In this document: piece by piece, positions 50,268-60,425 of the stretch
How positions within the stretch are numbered: position 1 is the first letter of the stretch
Layout: each line of letters begins with the position of its first letter
Assembly (NCBI GenBank): GCA_014859835.1
Contig: JACZKW010000104.1
Span: 51,608 to 115,607 of the forward strand
Source: Thermoplasmata archaeon
GTDB taxonomy: Archaea > Thermoplasmatota > Thermoplasmata > UBA10834
Direction: 5' to 3'
Length of the DNA: 64,000 bases
Notes under the pieces: model-generated
The model's input: only the letters and a program-made list of their open reading frames with translations
Told to the model about the DNA's origin: nothing
The model's database searches: none
Made by a program: the position numbers and the translations under genes

Positions 50268-51386
50268 ATGAACGGGGAATTCGTCGTCACGCCCTATGGA
50301 GTGACCGGAGATGTCGATTACGACCAGCTGATCGAGAAATTCGGCACCAGAAGGATTGACAGGACACTCCTTGACAGGATAGGCACATACGGGCCAGTGC
50401 ACCACATGCTCAGGAGAGATGTGTTCTATTCTCACAGGGATCTTGAATGGGTCCTCAACGAGTACGACAAAGGGAACAGATTCACGCTCTATACTGGCCG
50501 CGGTCCATCGGGCCCGATCCATCTGGGGCACCTCATGCCATGGTCGTTCGCCAAGTATCTTCAGGATATCTTCAAGGTGAAACTGTGGTTCCAGCTAACG
50601 GATGATGAGAAGTTCCTGTACTACGACAATCTCACGCTCGAAGAGACGAAGAGGTGGGGGATGGAGAATGCACTGGATATCATCGCCCTGGGGTTCGATC
50701 CGAAACTGACGAACATGTTCCTGGACACGGAATACATCAAGACCATGTATCCGACGGCCGTCAGGGCGGCCAAGAAGATCAATTTCTCCACGATCAAAGC
50801 GGTCTTCGGCTTCGACAATTCCAATAATATCGGGAGCATATTCTTCACGAGCATACAGACGGTCCCCTGCTTCCTCGAATCGATCGAGCAGGGCAGGAAG
50901 GTGCCGTGCCTGATCCCGTGCGGGATAGACCAGGACCCTCATTTCAGGATAACCAGGGACATCGCAGAGGGATTGGGATACTACAAACCAGCACTGATAC
51001 ATGCCAAGCTGATGCCTTCGCTCGCGGGTTCGGAGAAGATGTCGACCTCATCGAAGACGGATACGACGATCTTCACCGTCGATGACAAGAAGACCGTGAA
51101 GAGGAAGATAATGAGCGCGTTCACCGGAGGCAGAGTATCGGTGGACGAGCAGAGGAAACTCGGTGGGTCTCCAGAGATTTGCTCAGTCTACCAATACCAA
51201 TCATACTTTTTCGAGCCGGATGATGATAAGCTTAAGCAGTTGTTCGAACATTGCAAGTCGGGGAAGATACTCTGCGGAGAGTGCAAGGGAATCCTGTTCG
51301 AGAAGGTTTGGAAATTCCTCGAGAATCATCAGGCCAAGAGGGAAGCGGCTAAGGAGATAGTCGATCAGTTCTTTGTGCGCGACTGA
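50268..51386 (+). CDS. trpS: tryptophan--tRNA ligase (archaeal type)
   Basis: YTGRGPS..IHLGH, TDDEK, GIDQDPHFR, KMSTS. Confidence 0.96.
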   Translation: MNGEFVVTPYGVTGDVDYDQLIEKFGTRRIDRTLLDRIGTYGPVHHMLRRDVFYSHRDLEWVLNEYDKGNRFTLYTGRGPSGPIHLGHLMPWSFAKYLQDIFKVKLWFQLTDDEKFLYYDNLTLEETKRWGMENALDIIALGFDPKLTNMFLDTEYIKTMYPTAVRAAKKINFSTIKAVFGFDNSNNIGSIFFTSIQTVPCFLESIEQGRKVPCLIPCGIDQDPHFRITRDIAEGLGYYKPALIHAKLMPSLAGSEKMSTSSKTDTTIFTVDDKKTVKRKIMSAFTGGRVSVDEQRKLGGSPEICSVYQYQSYFFEPDDDKLKQLFEHCKSGKILCGECKGILFEKVWKFLENHQAKREAAKEIVDQFFVRD

Positions 51387-51437
51387 TGGGACAATGATGA
51401 TTACCGATGGAGTCGATTCGCTATCAGGGTATTCGCT

Positions 51438-51848
51438 TTGAGGCTGAAACCTATCGCCACCGTAGTCAACACGGTGTCTGAAGACATTCGGGACTGGGAT
51501 GAGGTGGAGTCAAGGCTCGTTTTCGAGAAGGAATATGTGCCTGGATTGTACAAGTTGGAGAGATTCAAGCACATATGGGTGATCTTCGGATTCCATAAGA
51601 AACGTGGATGGTCTGCCCGGGTGCATCCGATGCACGATCCAAATAGGCCATTAGTAGGTGTGTTCGCGACCAGATCGCCGAAGAGGCCGAACAGACTTGG
51701 CTTGACCCTCGTCGAACTGGTCAGTATCCGTGGCAACATAGTCAGGGTCAGAGGACTGGATGCATACAATGGAAGCCCGGTCTGGGACATAAAGCCATAC
51801 GAGAAGGAGATAGTCTATGACAGCCAGGACCGCCGGAAAAGTAGATAA
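51438..51848 (+). CDS. tsaA: tRNA m6t6A37 methyltransferase TrmO/TsaA family
   Basis: GVFATRSPKRPNRLG, GLDA..GSPVWDIKPY. Confidence 0.9.
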   Translation: MRLKPIATVVNTVSEDIRDWDEVESRLVFEKEYVPGLYKLERFKHIWVIFGFHKKRGWSARVHPMHDPNRPLVGVFATRSPKRPNRLGLTLVELVSIRGNIVRVRGLDAYNGSPVWDIKPYEKEIVYDSQDRRKSR

Positions 51849-51873
51849 GCCGTATGCTCGATGAACCTCTGAC

Positions 51874-53403
51874 ATGGCAGACGAAGACGTCTTGGAACAA
51901 CTCAGTTACTCCGAGAAGAAGGTCTTGAAGGCCTTGAATACGCTCAAGACGTCCACTCCCGAGAACATACAGAAAGAGGGCGGGTTCGACCAGGTGGTTG
52001 AGGTCATGAACGCAGCGTCATGGCTTCAGGCGAAGGGACTGGTCGAAATAAGAGAGGTAATACGCAAGAACTACTCGTTGAAGCGAAAGGATGTCGCTGC
52101 CAAGAAGCTGCCCGAAAGAGTCGTGCTCGAAGTCGTAATGCAAGATTTCGGAGGCAGGGTGTCCCTCGCCGATCTAAAGGCGTCGGGCAAATTGAAGATC
52201 GAAGATATCCAGATAGCGCTTGGATGGATCAAGAGGAAAGGTTGGGGAGATCTCACCAAAGAGGGCCCCGACACCATCGTCATAATGACTGACAAGGGCA
52301 TGGCTGCCCTATCAGAGAAGGGCGATGATGAACTCACAATCGAGAGGCTTGCGACGAGCGAGCTATCGGAAGAGGATGCTCCAGAAGGAGTGCTCGAAGC
52401 GCTCAAACAACGCAAGGACTTCTTGAATGAGAAGCATATCGTCATCAGGACGATAACGCTAACAGAAAAGGGAAGCGAACTTGCCGCTCGTCCTTTTGAG
52501 ATGCGGGAAGAGGTCGCGCAGATCACGCCCGAGCTCATCCAATCAGGGAGATGGAGAGAGGTCAATCTTCGCAAGTACGATGTCAAGGCGTTCGCGCCAA
52601 CCGCAGTCGGTGGGAGAAAGCATCCGATGACCATTCTCATCGACCGCGTAAGAGAAGCATTCCTCACAATGGGATTCACCGAGATACGAGGACAGTATGT
52701 GGAAAGCGCCTTCTGGAACATGGACGTCCTCTTCACGGCTCAGGATCATCCCGCGAGAGAGATGCAGGATACATTCTATCTGAAGAACCCTGACAAGATA
52801 AATCTCACCAAGGACCGGGAACTCGTGGACATTGTCAAGCAGGTCCACGAGAACGGTTGGAAGACAGGCTCCCTCGGATGGAGATACGACTGGAAGATAG
52901 AGGAAGCGGAGAGGGCTCTGCTGAGGACACATTCGACGGTCAATACAGCGAGATACATCGCAGAGAATCCGGAGCTCCCGTTCAAGGTATTCTCCATTGG
53001 CAGGATATTCAGGAGCGAGGCGATGGACTCGACCCACCTTCCGGAATTCACACAGATAGAGGGCATCGTCTGCGAGGAAGGGGCCAACTTCAACATGCTG
53101 TGTGGTCTGCTCAAGGAATTCTATAGACGCATGGGTATACCTGAAATGAGGATCAGACCGGCTTACTTCCCGTATACTGAACCATCCCTTGAAGTCGAGA
53201 TACTGTGGAAGGGACAATGGATGGAGCTTGGAGGAGCGGGCATCTTCAGGCCTGAGGTAACCGAACCTCTGGGTGTGAAAGAGCCAGTACTGGCATGGGG
53301 ACTTGGATTGGAGCGGCTCGGAATGCTCCTATGGGGATTGGATGACATCAGGGACATCTATGTGTCGGACATAGACTGGTTGAGGAAGGCACCTCAAGTG
53401 TGA
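51874..53403 (+). CDS. pheS: phenylalanine--tRNA ligase alpha subunit
   Basis: FWNMD...HPAREMQDTF, LRTH, FRSE..D.TH..EF.Q, YFPYTEPS, GAGIFRPE. Confidence 0.97.
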   Translation: MADEDVLEQLSYSEKKVLKALNTLKTSTPENIQKEGGFDQVVEVMNAASWLQAKGLVEIREVIRKNYSLKRKDVAAKKLPERVVLEVVMQDFGGRVSLADLKASGKLKIEDIQIALGWIKRKGWGDLTKEGPDTIVIMTDKGMAALSEKGDDELTIERLATSELSEEDAPEGVLEALKQRKDFLNEKHIVIRTITLTEKGSELAARPFEMREEVAQITPELIQSGRWREVNLRKYDVKAFAPTAVGGRKHPMTILIDRVREAFLTMGFTEIRGQYVESAFWNMDVLFTAQDHPAREMQDTFYLKNPDKINLTKDRELVDIVKQVHENGWKTGSLGWRYDWKIEEAERALLRTHSTVNTARYIAENPELPFKVFSIGRIFRSEAMDSTHLPEFTQIEGIVCEEGANFNMLCGLLKEFYRRMGIPEMRIRPAYFPYTEPSLEVEILWKGQWMELGGAGIFRPEVTEPLGVKEPVLAWGLGLERLGMLLWGLDDIRDIYVSDIDWLRKAPQV

Positions 53404-53418
53404 ATTTTCTTATTCCGA

Positions 53419-53640
53419 TCAGAACTCTTTGATCTCGGCATTCCATAACGATGCATCTTCAATGTGAAGTAACGAGGGCACGAAGAATCCATATGCCATC
53501 ACCACAGTCAACGTGATTCCAGCAGCAAGATACCAAATCGAGACCCCGACAGCGTCAGCATCCGGGCTGGTCACTACAAGGCCAATCAGCGCCATGGCAG
53601 TTGTTGAGCTCATGAGGAGGGAGAACACACGCCCTGCATC
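53419..53640 (-). pseudogene. C-terminal fragment of an MFS transporter
   Basis: RVFSLL..S...A..IGL...P.AD.VG...W resembles the last two MFS helices; the upstream MQG is out of frame and the rest is absent. Confidence 0.55.
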
Positions 53641-53742
53641 TCAAATGAAGGCTTCTGCCCGTCAGGTGACAACATTCCAATTAATTAGCACTGAGATTGT
53701 GTGGACACCCATTGAGAAGTTTATATAGTTCTAGTTCAAGTC

Positions 53743-55467
53743 ATGAGTAAGGAAATGGTTGCCATGTCAGATGATATTCCTATTCCCACCAAACCGTTGA
53801 AGAGACAAGTATCCATCATGAATTTGATACTTGCAACTGTATCAGTTGGAGTTGCCGCGATTCTTCTCACTGCAGTCGTGATGAGTCCGTCATTGTCACC
53901 ACTAGCTTCAGTGCATGATTCAGATGGAGATGGCCATGCAGACAGTACGGACGATTTTCCAGATGACCCATCAGAATGGTCCGATTCGGACGGGGACGGC
54001 GTAGGAGATTTTTCTGACTATTTCCCGAATGACGTTTCTGAATGGAATGATGCTGATGATGACGGATACGGAGATAACTCAGACGAATTTCCAGAGGACG
54101 AGAATGAATGGGCAGATTCAGATGGCGATGGCGTGGGAGACAATTCTGATGACTTCCCCGACGACCCAGATGAATCCATAGATTCGGACGGAGATGGCGT
54201 CGGAGATGGCGAGGACGAATTCCCTGAAGACTCGTCGGAGACATCCGACTCAGATGGTGACGGTGTTGGGGATAATGGGGACCTCTTCCCGGATGATCCG
54301 TACCAATCTGCTCCGACTGGAGAGTTCGAAGGATATAACTCGGTCTATTACTTCAACGAGATATACCTGTGGGTGATCAATATGAGCATTGACGCATCAT
54401 GGAACGATATCACGATCTCGATCTCAGATGGATATCACGACTGCGCATGGGGGCCATCATCGGATGATCTGAGCCACGAACCGAATGATGTGTGGAACTA
54501 TGGCAGCACGACCTTGGGCGACCTGGTCATCGATTTGGCGATCATGGATTACACCGCGGATGGCAACATGTCCCAAGGGGACGCACTATGGTTCACCGCC
54601 TATAATGTGGCCTTCCGATACGGCACGGATTATGTTGTCTCAGCGATATACGAGCCGGCTGGAGTAACTATCGCCGATTATACATGCAGGGAAGATCTGC
54701 TCTATTGCCCGTATCTCTCAGTCGATGGTGAGATGCTAGCAGACGGCGTGATGTTCACCGTCTTGGGAATCAGTACAGAGATAATCTGGTCTGACCTAGA
54801 AGTGGCACTTTCCGACGAGGAGGATACCGTCACCTGGAACATGTTGTCAGAAGATGATCTGAATGACGAACCTGAGGACTCGCAAGATTACGGACCGAGG
54901 GTGCTCGGAGATATCGTGGTAAGACTCACCGTTGTAGATGTCGATGGGAACGGGTATGCGAGTGTTTTCGATCACTTCATCCTCAACACCGATTCCTTCG
55001 AAGACGATACTCTGTACACAATCGCTTTCATCTATGAACCGCTCGACGAGATCATGTCAGAGGACCTCTTCACAACCGGTGGAACGACGGTCACGCCGAC
55101 AACACAGTTGACGAAGTCGACCATCACAAATGGCATAAAATTGACTTTCGCAGCGATTAGCGAGACCACACAATGGACCGATGTCACGATACTCATCTCG
55201 GATGGCTCCAATACCGCTGCCTGGATCAATATCACATCGGAAGACCTGACTGGTGGGGCAGGCACCAGGCACAACTACGCATCCGTAACGCTCGGGTCAC
55301 TCATCGTATGGCTGAACATCACAGATCTCTCAGGGAATGGGTATCTAAACCAGGGGGATTACATGTCGTTGACGGCGAACTCGTTCGCATCGACGACAAC
55401 ATACACGGTGACGGTGATCTTCGAACCGACAGCATGCGAGATGACCCATATCAATTTCAACGGTTGA
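53743..55467 (+). CDS. surface protein: N-terminal TM, thrombospondin type-3-like Ca-binding repeats, three repeated beta-rich domains
   Basis: Six D(S/A)D(G/D)DG..D..D.FP.D units; three copies of W.D...SD...W...DL...LG...D..GNG...Y....EP. Confidence 0.85.
   Translation: MSKEMVAMSDDIPIPTKPLKRQVSIMNLILATVSVGVAAILLTAVVMSPSLSPLASVHDSDGDGHADSTDDFPDDPSEWSDSDGDGVGDFSDYFPNDVSEWNDADDDGYGDNSDEFPEDENEWADSDGDGVGDNSDDFPDDPDESIDSDGDGVGDGEDEFPEDSSETSDSDGDGVGDNGDLFPDDPYQSAPTGEFEGYNSVYYFNEIYLWVINMSIDASWNDITISISDGYHDCAWGPSSDDLSHEPNDVWNYGSTTLGDLVIDLAIMDYTADGNMSQGDALWFTAYNVAFRYGTDYVVSAIYEPAGVTIADYTCREDLLYCPYLSVDGEMLADGVMFTVLGISTEIIWSDLEVALSDEEDTVTWNMLSEDDLNDEPEDSQDYGPRVLGDIVVRLTVVDVDGNGYASVFDHFILNTDSFEDDTLYTIAFIYEPLDEIMSEDLFTTGGTTVTPTTQLTKSTITNGIKLTFAAISETTQWTDVTILISDGSNTAAWINITSEDLTGGAGTRHNYASVTLGSLIVWLNITDLSGNGYLNQGDYMSLTANSFASTTTYTVTVIFEPTACEMTHINFNG
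53914..54300 (+). repeat. intragenic ~63-bp (21-aa) tandem repeat, about 6 copies
   Basis: Recurrent GA(T/C)TC(A/G)GA(T/C)GG..GA.GG...TT(T/C)CC units. Confidence 0.75.
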
Positions 55468-55491
55468 TCCAGACCGAGGCGAATGAACACG

Positions 55492-57915
55492 TCAGAGCTT
55501 GCCCAAGGCCGTCTCTATCATAGCCGTCAGGTCGGCTGATCCGGAGCGTTCTGACAGCTCTTTCGCATCTTCGAGACAGCGTCTTGCCCGATCACATTCA
55601 CCCTTGTCCATCAACATGATACCGAGTTCCATCTTCCTCTTGCCAAGAAGCCTCGGTGCTTCGACATCCTTGAGGGCTGCGAGACTCTCCAGGTAGTACT
55701 CCTCGCTGGTCACAAAATCACCCATCAGTTGAGACGACTTGCCCAGGTTCGCATATGCTAACGACATTCCCAATCTGTCGTTCAATTCGGTGAAGACTTC
55801 TAGCGCGTTGAAACAATGTTCCTTGGCTGATGCCGGGTCGCCGATCTTGGCCAAGAGCTCCGACAGAGATGATTGTGCATATGCTCTCGTGCGAGGCTGC
55901 CCGGTCTCCGTCGCCAACTTCACTGCGTTCTCCAGATGTAGCCTCGCCTCTGCATGCTTGCCCAGATGAGCGCATGCGGCACCCATGTTCACATACACAT
56001 TGGCAAGGTCTACTGGGCCGAACCCGGCCGCACACTTCGAGAAATGCGAGATCGCCTCCTCGTATAGACCACGACCGATGAAGACATTCCCGAGCTCGAG
56101 ATGGGCCATGAGCATACCTTTTGAATCCATGACCGACATCGAGTCGCGAGCGCTCGATTCGAGCAGCTCCTGTGCCCGTTCATAGTTGCCCAACTTACTC
56201 TCAACCACGCCCTCACCACGGAGGGCTTTTGCCCTTTGGGCTGGCAGGTCCTGAGAGCAGTCGAGTGCTTCGGAGAACAACCGCGATGCTTGTTCAAGAT
56301 CCCCTTGTTTGCTCCGGATCTTCCCTAGCTCGATCAGTGACTCGGCTCGCACGGAACCATTATCGCATCTAGAAAGCTCTTCGAGGAGATGCGTCGATGC
56401 GGAATACTCGCCGACCTTGTTCGCGGCCTTAGCCTTAAGCAGCGTGACCGACTGGACATACTTCGGTTTCTGCGGAATGAAATCCCTTAGAACCAACCAC
56501 AATTGCTGGACGTTTCCATTTTCCATGAGAGACTCACCGAGCCTCGACATCATGATCTCCGATTCCAGGTGCCTGTTCGCACGGATCAGATGATGTAACC
56601 TCTCGGGGTCGTCTCCCACCTTGATGTAATAATCGGCGGCCACGCTGTGCCAGGATGTGCGGATATCAGACGGCATCGAATCATAAACGAAGCTCTGCAA
56701 CGAGGAATGTATCTCGAAACGGCCGGGGGCCACCTCGCGGAGCATGGAACCCTTCCGAACCTGTCGGAGGTCCTTCGGTATCGCCTCGGCAGGAAAAGGT
56801 CTGTTGAATACCGAGGCAAATTGCAGTAGGGATTTCTCCTGGTCAGAGAGATCAGCGTAAAACTCCTCCTCGAGGAATTTGGATATCTGTGATTTGGCTT
56901 CGCTGAGACCCGAGACAGTTATCATCTCAAGGGAGAGAGGATGACCCTTGGTCAGAGAGGCGAGCTGTTTCGCCACGTCGCCTTTGATGCCGCGGTCTTC
57001 TAGTAGCCTGAGTGACGCCCTCTGATCGAGCCCGTCGAGATCAACCTCACACACCTCGTTCCTGGCCACGACATCGGACTTGTCGTAGAATCGTGTGACA
57101 CCCTCAGAGGTCATGATGATCTTCGCAGATCCACTGCTGTGCCTGAACATCATGAAGAAATCAAAGAGATTATTGGAAGCGTCGGCATCATCGAATATGA
57201 ATGTGAATCCGTTCTCAGAAAGTTCCTCGTTGAGGAGAACGCTGAGTTCGCCGAGCTCAGCCTTCCCCGAGGTCAGATAAGCGGACAATTTCCGACATCC
57301 ATTGTCTGAGAAGAATCTGGCCAACGAATCAATCAGAGTCTTCGCTACATCCCAGGGTTTCACAGAGTGCCAAAATACTCTCTGTCCTGTGAGCTCCGAT
57401 GCGACCTTCGCAACGAGCGTCGTCTTGCCGATCCCGGCGATACCTTTCACGCAGACGATCTTGCTGGTAGAATCAGACATCGCAGCGTGCATGGATGCGA
57501 TTTCCCTCTCCCGCCCATAGAATGACTTGATCGATGGTAGCGGAGAGGATTTCCTGGTAGCTCTGGTCTTCGCACCATTCGTCATCGGGACTACCTTCGA
57601 CGGGTCGACCATCGGGTCGATTCCGTTATCCTTCACGTACTGAAGGATCGTCGCGCCATTTGATTTGCCCCCATGAGTGAGGAAATACGCCTTCCGCCTC
57701 GTCTTGCCTCTCTTGACATGCGAAAGACGCTCGTCGATCAATCCCGTGGACTTGAGCTTCTTGAGTTCGATCGCCGCGTGCGCACGGGATATGGAGCATG
57801 CCTGAGATATTCCGTCCTGAGTCACGTCGAACGGAACCTCGAACTTGTCCTCGTGCTTGACATATTGGTTCAGATGGAATATGATCCTCTCAGAAACTGT
57901 TAGTGTTCCACCCAT
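55492..57915 (-). CDS. wHTH + STAND-like P-loop ATPase + TPR regulator
   Basis: TQDGISQACSISRAH HTH, FYGRERE, GIAGIGKTT, FIFDD, GHPLSL, C-terminal TPRs. Confidence 0.85.
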   Translation of the reverse strand: MGGTLTVSERIIFHLNQYVKHEDKFEVPFDVTQDGISQACSISRAHAAIELKKLKSTGLIDERLSHVKRGKTRRKAYFLTHGGKSNGATILQYVKDNGIDPMVDPSKVVPMTNGAKTRATRKSSPLPSIKSFYGREREIASMHAAMSDSTSKIVCVKGIAGIGKTTLVAKVASELTGQRVFWHSVKPWDVAKTLIDSLARFFSDNGCRKLSAYLTSGKAELGELSVLLNEELSENGFTFIFDDADASNNLFDFFMMFRHSSGSAKIIMTSEGVTRFYDKSDVVARNEVCEVDLDGLDQRASLRLLEDRGIKGDVAKQLASLTKGHPLSLEMITVSGLSEAKSQISKFLEEEFYADLSDQEKSLLQFASVFNRPFPAEAIPKDLRQVRKGSMLREVAPGRFEIHSSLQSFVYDSMPSDIRTSWHSVAADYYIKVGDDPERLHHLIRANRHLESEIMMSRLGESLMENGNVQQLWLVLRDFIPQKPKYVQSVTLLKAKAANKVGEYSASTHLLEELSRCDNGSVRAESLIELGKIRSKQGDLEQASRLFSEALDCSQDLPAQRAKALRGEGVVESKLGNYERAQELLESSARDSMSVMDSKGMLMAHLELGNVFIGRGLYEEAISHFSKCAAGFGPVDLANVYVNMGAACAHLGKHAEARLHLENAVKLATETGQPRTRAYAQSSLSELLAKIGDPASAKEHCFNALEVFTELNDRLGMSLAYANLGKSSQLMGDFVTSEEYYLESLAALKDVEAPRLLGKRKMELGIMLMDKGECDRARRCLEDAKELSERSGSADLTAMIETALGKL

Positions 57916-58029
57916 GCAACTGAATAATCTAAAAACCCGTTATATAAAGGCGATTATCACATGCAATCCGTGTTTCTCAATTCTGCCATGATACGGAGGA
58001 GTCTTCATTGCCTTCTTGAAGTGAATAAA

Positions 58030-59310
58030 TCAATCGTTCGATGACGGGGGCGTTTCCTCATGGACGAGGAAGTGCACCATCGATATCGTGAATATGCCCA
58101 CGAGCCCCGAGAGCAGGAATGGGATCATCGTACCGTCGAAAGGCGATGGGAGCCCGAAATCCCTTCCCTGGAAAGTATCCCAAAGGAATCCGCCGAGCGG
58201 TGCACCTATCACCGATCCCATGTTGGTCATCGATTCGAGCAATCCGATCAATCTCCCGCGGACGTTCTCGGGGACAATGTCTGCCTGCAGCGCCCTCAAG
58301 GCAGGCGATGATACCTGGAAGGCCATGCTCCTGCAGGCCAGCATTACAACGACAACCGCGAGGACTGGACTGAGCGGCAGGAGCATCGTGGCGATGAATG
58401 CGACGTATCCCCCCATGACAAACATCCGTTTCTTCCCGACGCGATCCGCCAACCGGCCAGATGGAAGCGCGACCAACGCCCCCAACCCCATGGCCACCCC
58501 CATCAGTATCGATATGACACCTGCGCCCATAGAAAAGCGGAACGCGAGGAACAGGACCACCAGAGGCCCGATGCTCGCAAACGAGAAGCCTTCCATCATC
58601 GCGTTCGCATACAGTATCTTCAGATGACGGAGCCTTTTGGGTTCTAGCCCTTCGGGACGAATCAACTCCCGCAATCTGAGTTTCTTCTTGGTCCGATCGG
58701 CTGCCTTCGCATCGGTCACCTTGCGCCACACGAGTATGGCAGCTATGACGGAGAGTGCCGCCGTGAAGTAGAATGGGAGTCTGAAAGCTTCCTGGTCTGT
58801 GTAACCCATATATTCACTGGCGAGTATGAATAGAGAACCGCCGACGAACGGTCCCACGACGAACCCCAGGTTGGATGCCATCACGATTTTGCCCATGGAA
58901 GCGCCCCGCTTGTTGGCAGGTGTGGAGTCGATGACCAATGCTTCCGTGACCGGCCAGACCATGGCGCTGGCCACGCCCTGGAACCCTCTCACGAAAATCA
59001 GGCCGACCCAGGAGTTCGGGATGACGAACAGGATCGCCAGCACCGCATACAGGATGGTTCCGAAGAGGATCATCGGTTTCCTGCCCAAGCGGTCTGATAG
59101 GTTGCCGAACGTGGTCGCGAAGAGCGCTCTGGTGAGGACGAACGATGAGAAGAGGATGCCGACCTCCAGTCCGCCTCCACCAAGGAGTTCCACATAAGTG
59201 GGGAAGAGTGGCAGGATCAAGCCAAAGCCCAGGCTGATGATGAAATCGAGGCCGGCGAGGTAATTGACATTTCGCCTCGCTGCATCCGCATCGAGCAATG
59301 GCGAGCTCAA
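58030..59310 (-). CDS. MFS transporter (DHA1-like)
   Basis: GNLSDRLGRK and GRLADRVGKK motif A; about 12 TM. Confidence 0.92.
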   Translation of the reverse strand: MSSPLLDADAARRNVNYLAGLDFIISLGFGLILPLFPTYVELLGGGGLEVGILFSSFVLTRALFATTFGNLSDRLGRKPMILFGTILYAVLAILFVIPNSWVGLIFVRGFQGVASAMVWPVTEALVIDSTPANKRGASMGKIVMASNLGFVVGPFVGGSLFILASEYMGYTDQEAFRLPFYFTAALSVIAAILVWRKVTDAKAADRTKKKLRLRELIRPEGLEPKRLRHLKILYANAMMEGFSFASIGPLVVLFLAFRFSMGAGVISILMGVAMGLGALVALPSGRLADRVGKKRMFVMGGYVAFIATMLLPLSPVLAVVVVMLACRSMAFQVSSPALRALQADIVPENVRGRLIGLLESMTNMGSVIGAPLGGFLWDTFQGRDFGLPSPFDGTMIPFLLSGLVGIFTISMVHFLVHEETPPSSND

Positions 59311-59335
59311 GTCAATCAGACCATGTTCCAGAGGG

Positions 59336-60265
59336 TCAGTGGGAAAGCTCCGCTCCGGCCCTCATGTTCTTAAGGATGATTGGGACAAGGTCCTTTTTTG
59401 TTGCCCTCAAACCACAGTCCGGGTGGATGTACTCGATGTTCTCCCACCCGATGCAATCGGCTATCTGGCCGAGCTTCGTCTTGACCGTGTCCGTTGAATC
59501 GATTTCCTTCTCGGACAAAGGGGTGACCGAGATGCATCCTGCACCCAGAGTCATCGTGTGGTCTTCGAACGACTTCTGGTCTATGTGCTCGATATTCCTC
59601 TTCTCGGTTTGGCCCGAGAACGCGAAGCTCAGTGTGGACACATTCTCCAGTCCTAGGAGATGGTTCACGATATCGAATCGTCCGATATAGCCGCAGACAT
59701 GCAAGCTGACATGGTTCCGTGGCAACCCTTCTGCGATCCTATCGATCAGAGCCACTCTGGCAGGCAAGTCCTTGAACCCCTGAGAGAGGAAGGGCTCGTC
59801 TATCTGCACATGGGCCCCTCTGTCGATCAATGACTCCGCTATGGGTATGAGGGCTGAGGCGATGTCCTCATAGAGCGTGAAATCAAGGAGCCCGCGGTAA
59901 TGCGACTCGATCTTCCTCGAGGCGCACGTCATACCCAAAGTAGTCGGACCGGTCAGGGCGATCTTGACGGTGGTGTCGGGGAACCTTCTGAGGATGGTGT
60001 CCAGGTCCTTGACCTTCGAGAACTCCTCGGGTCTTCCCCGAAGGCGGATCTTGCCCGATACGACAGGGAGACCGTTCTTCACATCGAGGCCTTGGAACGA
60101 CTCGGCGAAATACGATACCATGTCTGACCGCTGCTCGCCGTCGGTGAGCAGATCCAGGCCCATGCTCTGCTGGAATTCTATCGCATTCACGAGAGCGTCT
60201 TCGATGTCTTCCGCGAATCTTGGAAGACTTCCGATCGTAGTGGTCCTAAGTGGCGCTGGCATCAA
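59336..60265 (-). CDS. short (core) cobalamin-independent methionine synthase family protein
   Basis: TTIGSLP, TDGEQR.DM, TGPTT, QIDEP, HVC, PDCGL; about 309 aa, catalytic half only. Confidence 0.85.
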   Translation of the reverse strand: MMPAPLRTTTIGSLPRFAEDIEDALVNAIEFQQSMGLDLLTDGEQRSDMVSYFAESFQGLDVKNGLPVVSGKIRLRGRPEEFSKVKDLDTILRRFPDTTVKIALTGPTTLGMTCASRKIESHYRGLLDFTLYEDIASALIPIAESLIDRGAHVQIDEPFLSQGFKDLPARVALIDRIAEGLPRNHVSLHVCGYIGRFDIVNHLLGLENVSTLSFAFSGQTEKRNIEHIDQKSFEDHTMTLGAGCISVTPLSEKEIDSTDTVKTKLGQIADCIGWENIEYIHPDCGLRATKKDLVPIILKNMRAGAELSH

Positions 60266-60425
60266 ACGGGTCTAGCAGAATAAGGATATAAGGCATTTTC
60301 CTGACTAGATAAGTCCGGGGTGGACGGATATCGCGGATCGTATCCTTCGCCTGAAGAGTGGCTTCTCCTTTTCGATGGTTATGGCAAGTGAAAGTGTTAT
60401 TGCGGATATCGTCGGTGAGGTATGC

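Noticed and set aside
53914-54300. Periodic repeats as a CRISPR array
   Set aside because: Repeats are in-frame, degenerate at third codon positions and lack unique spacers; no cas genes
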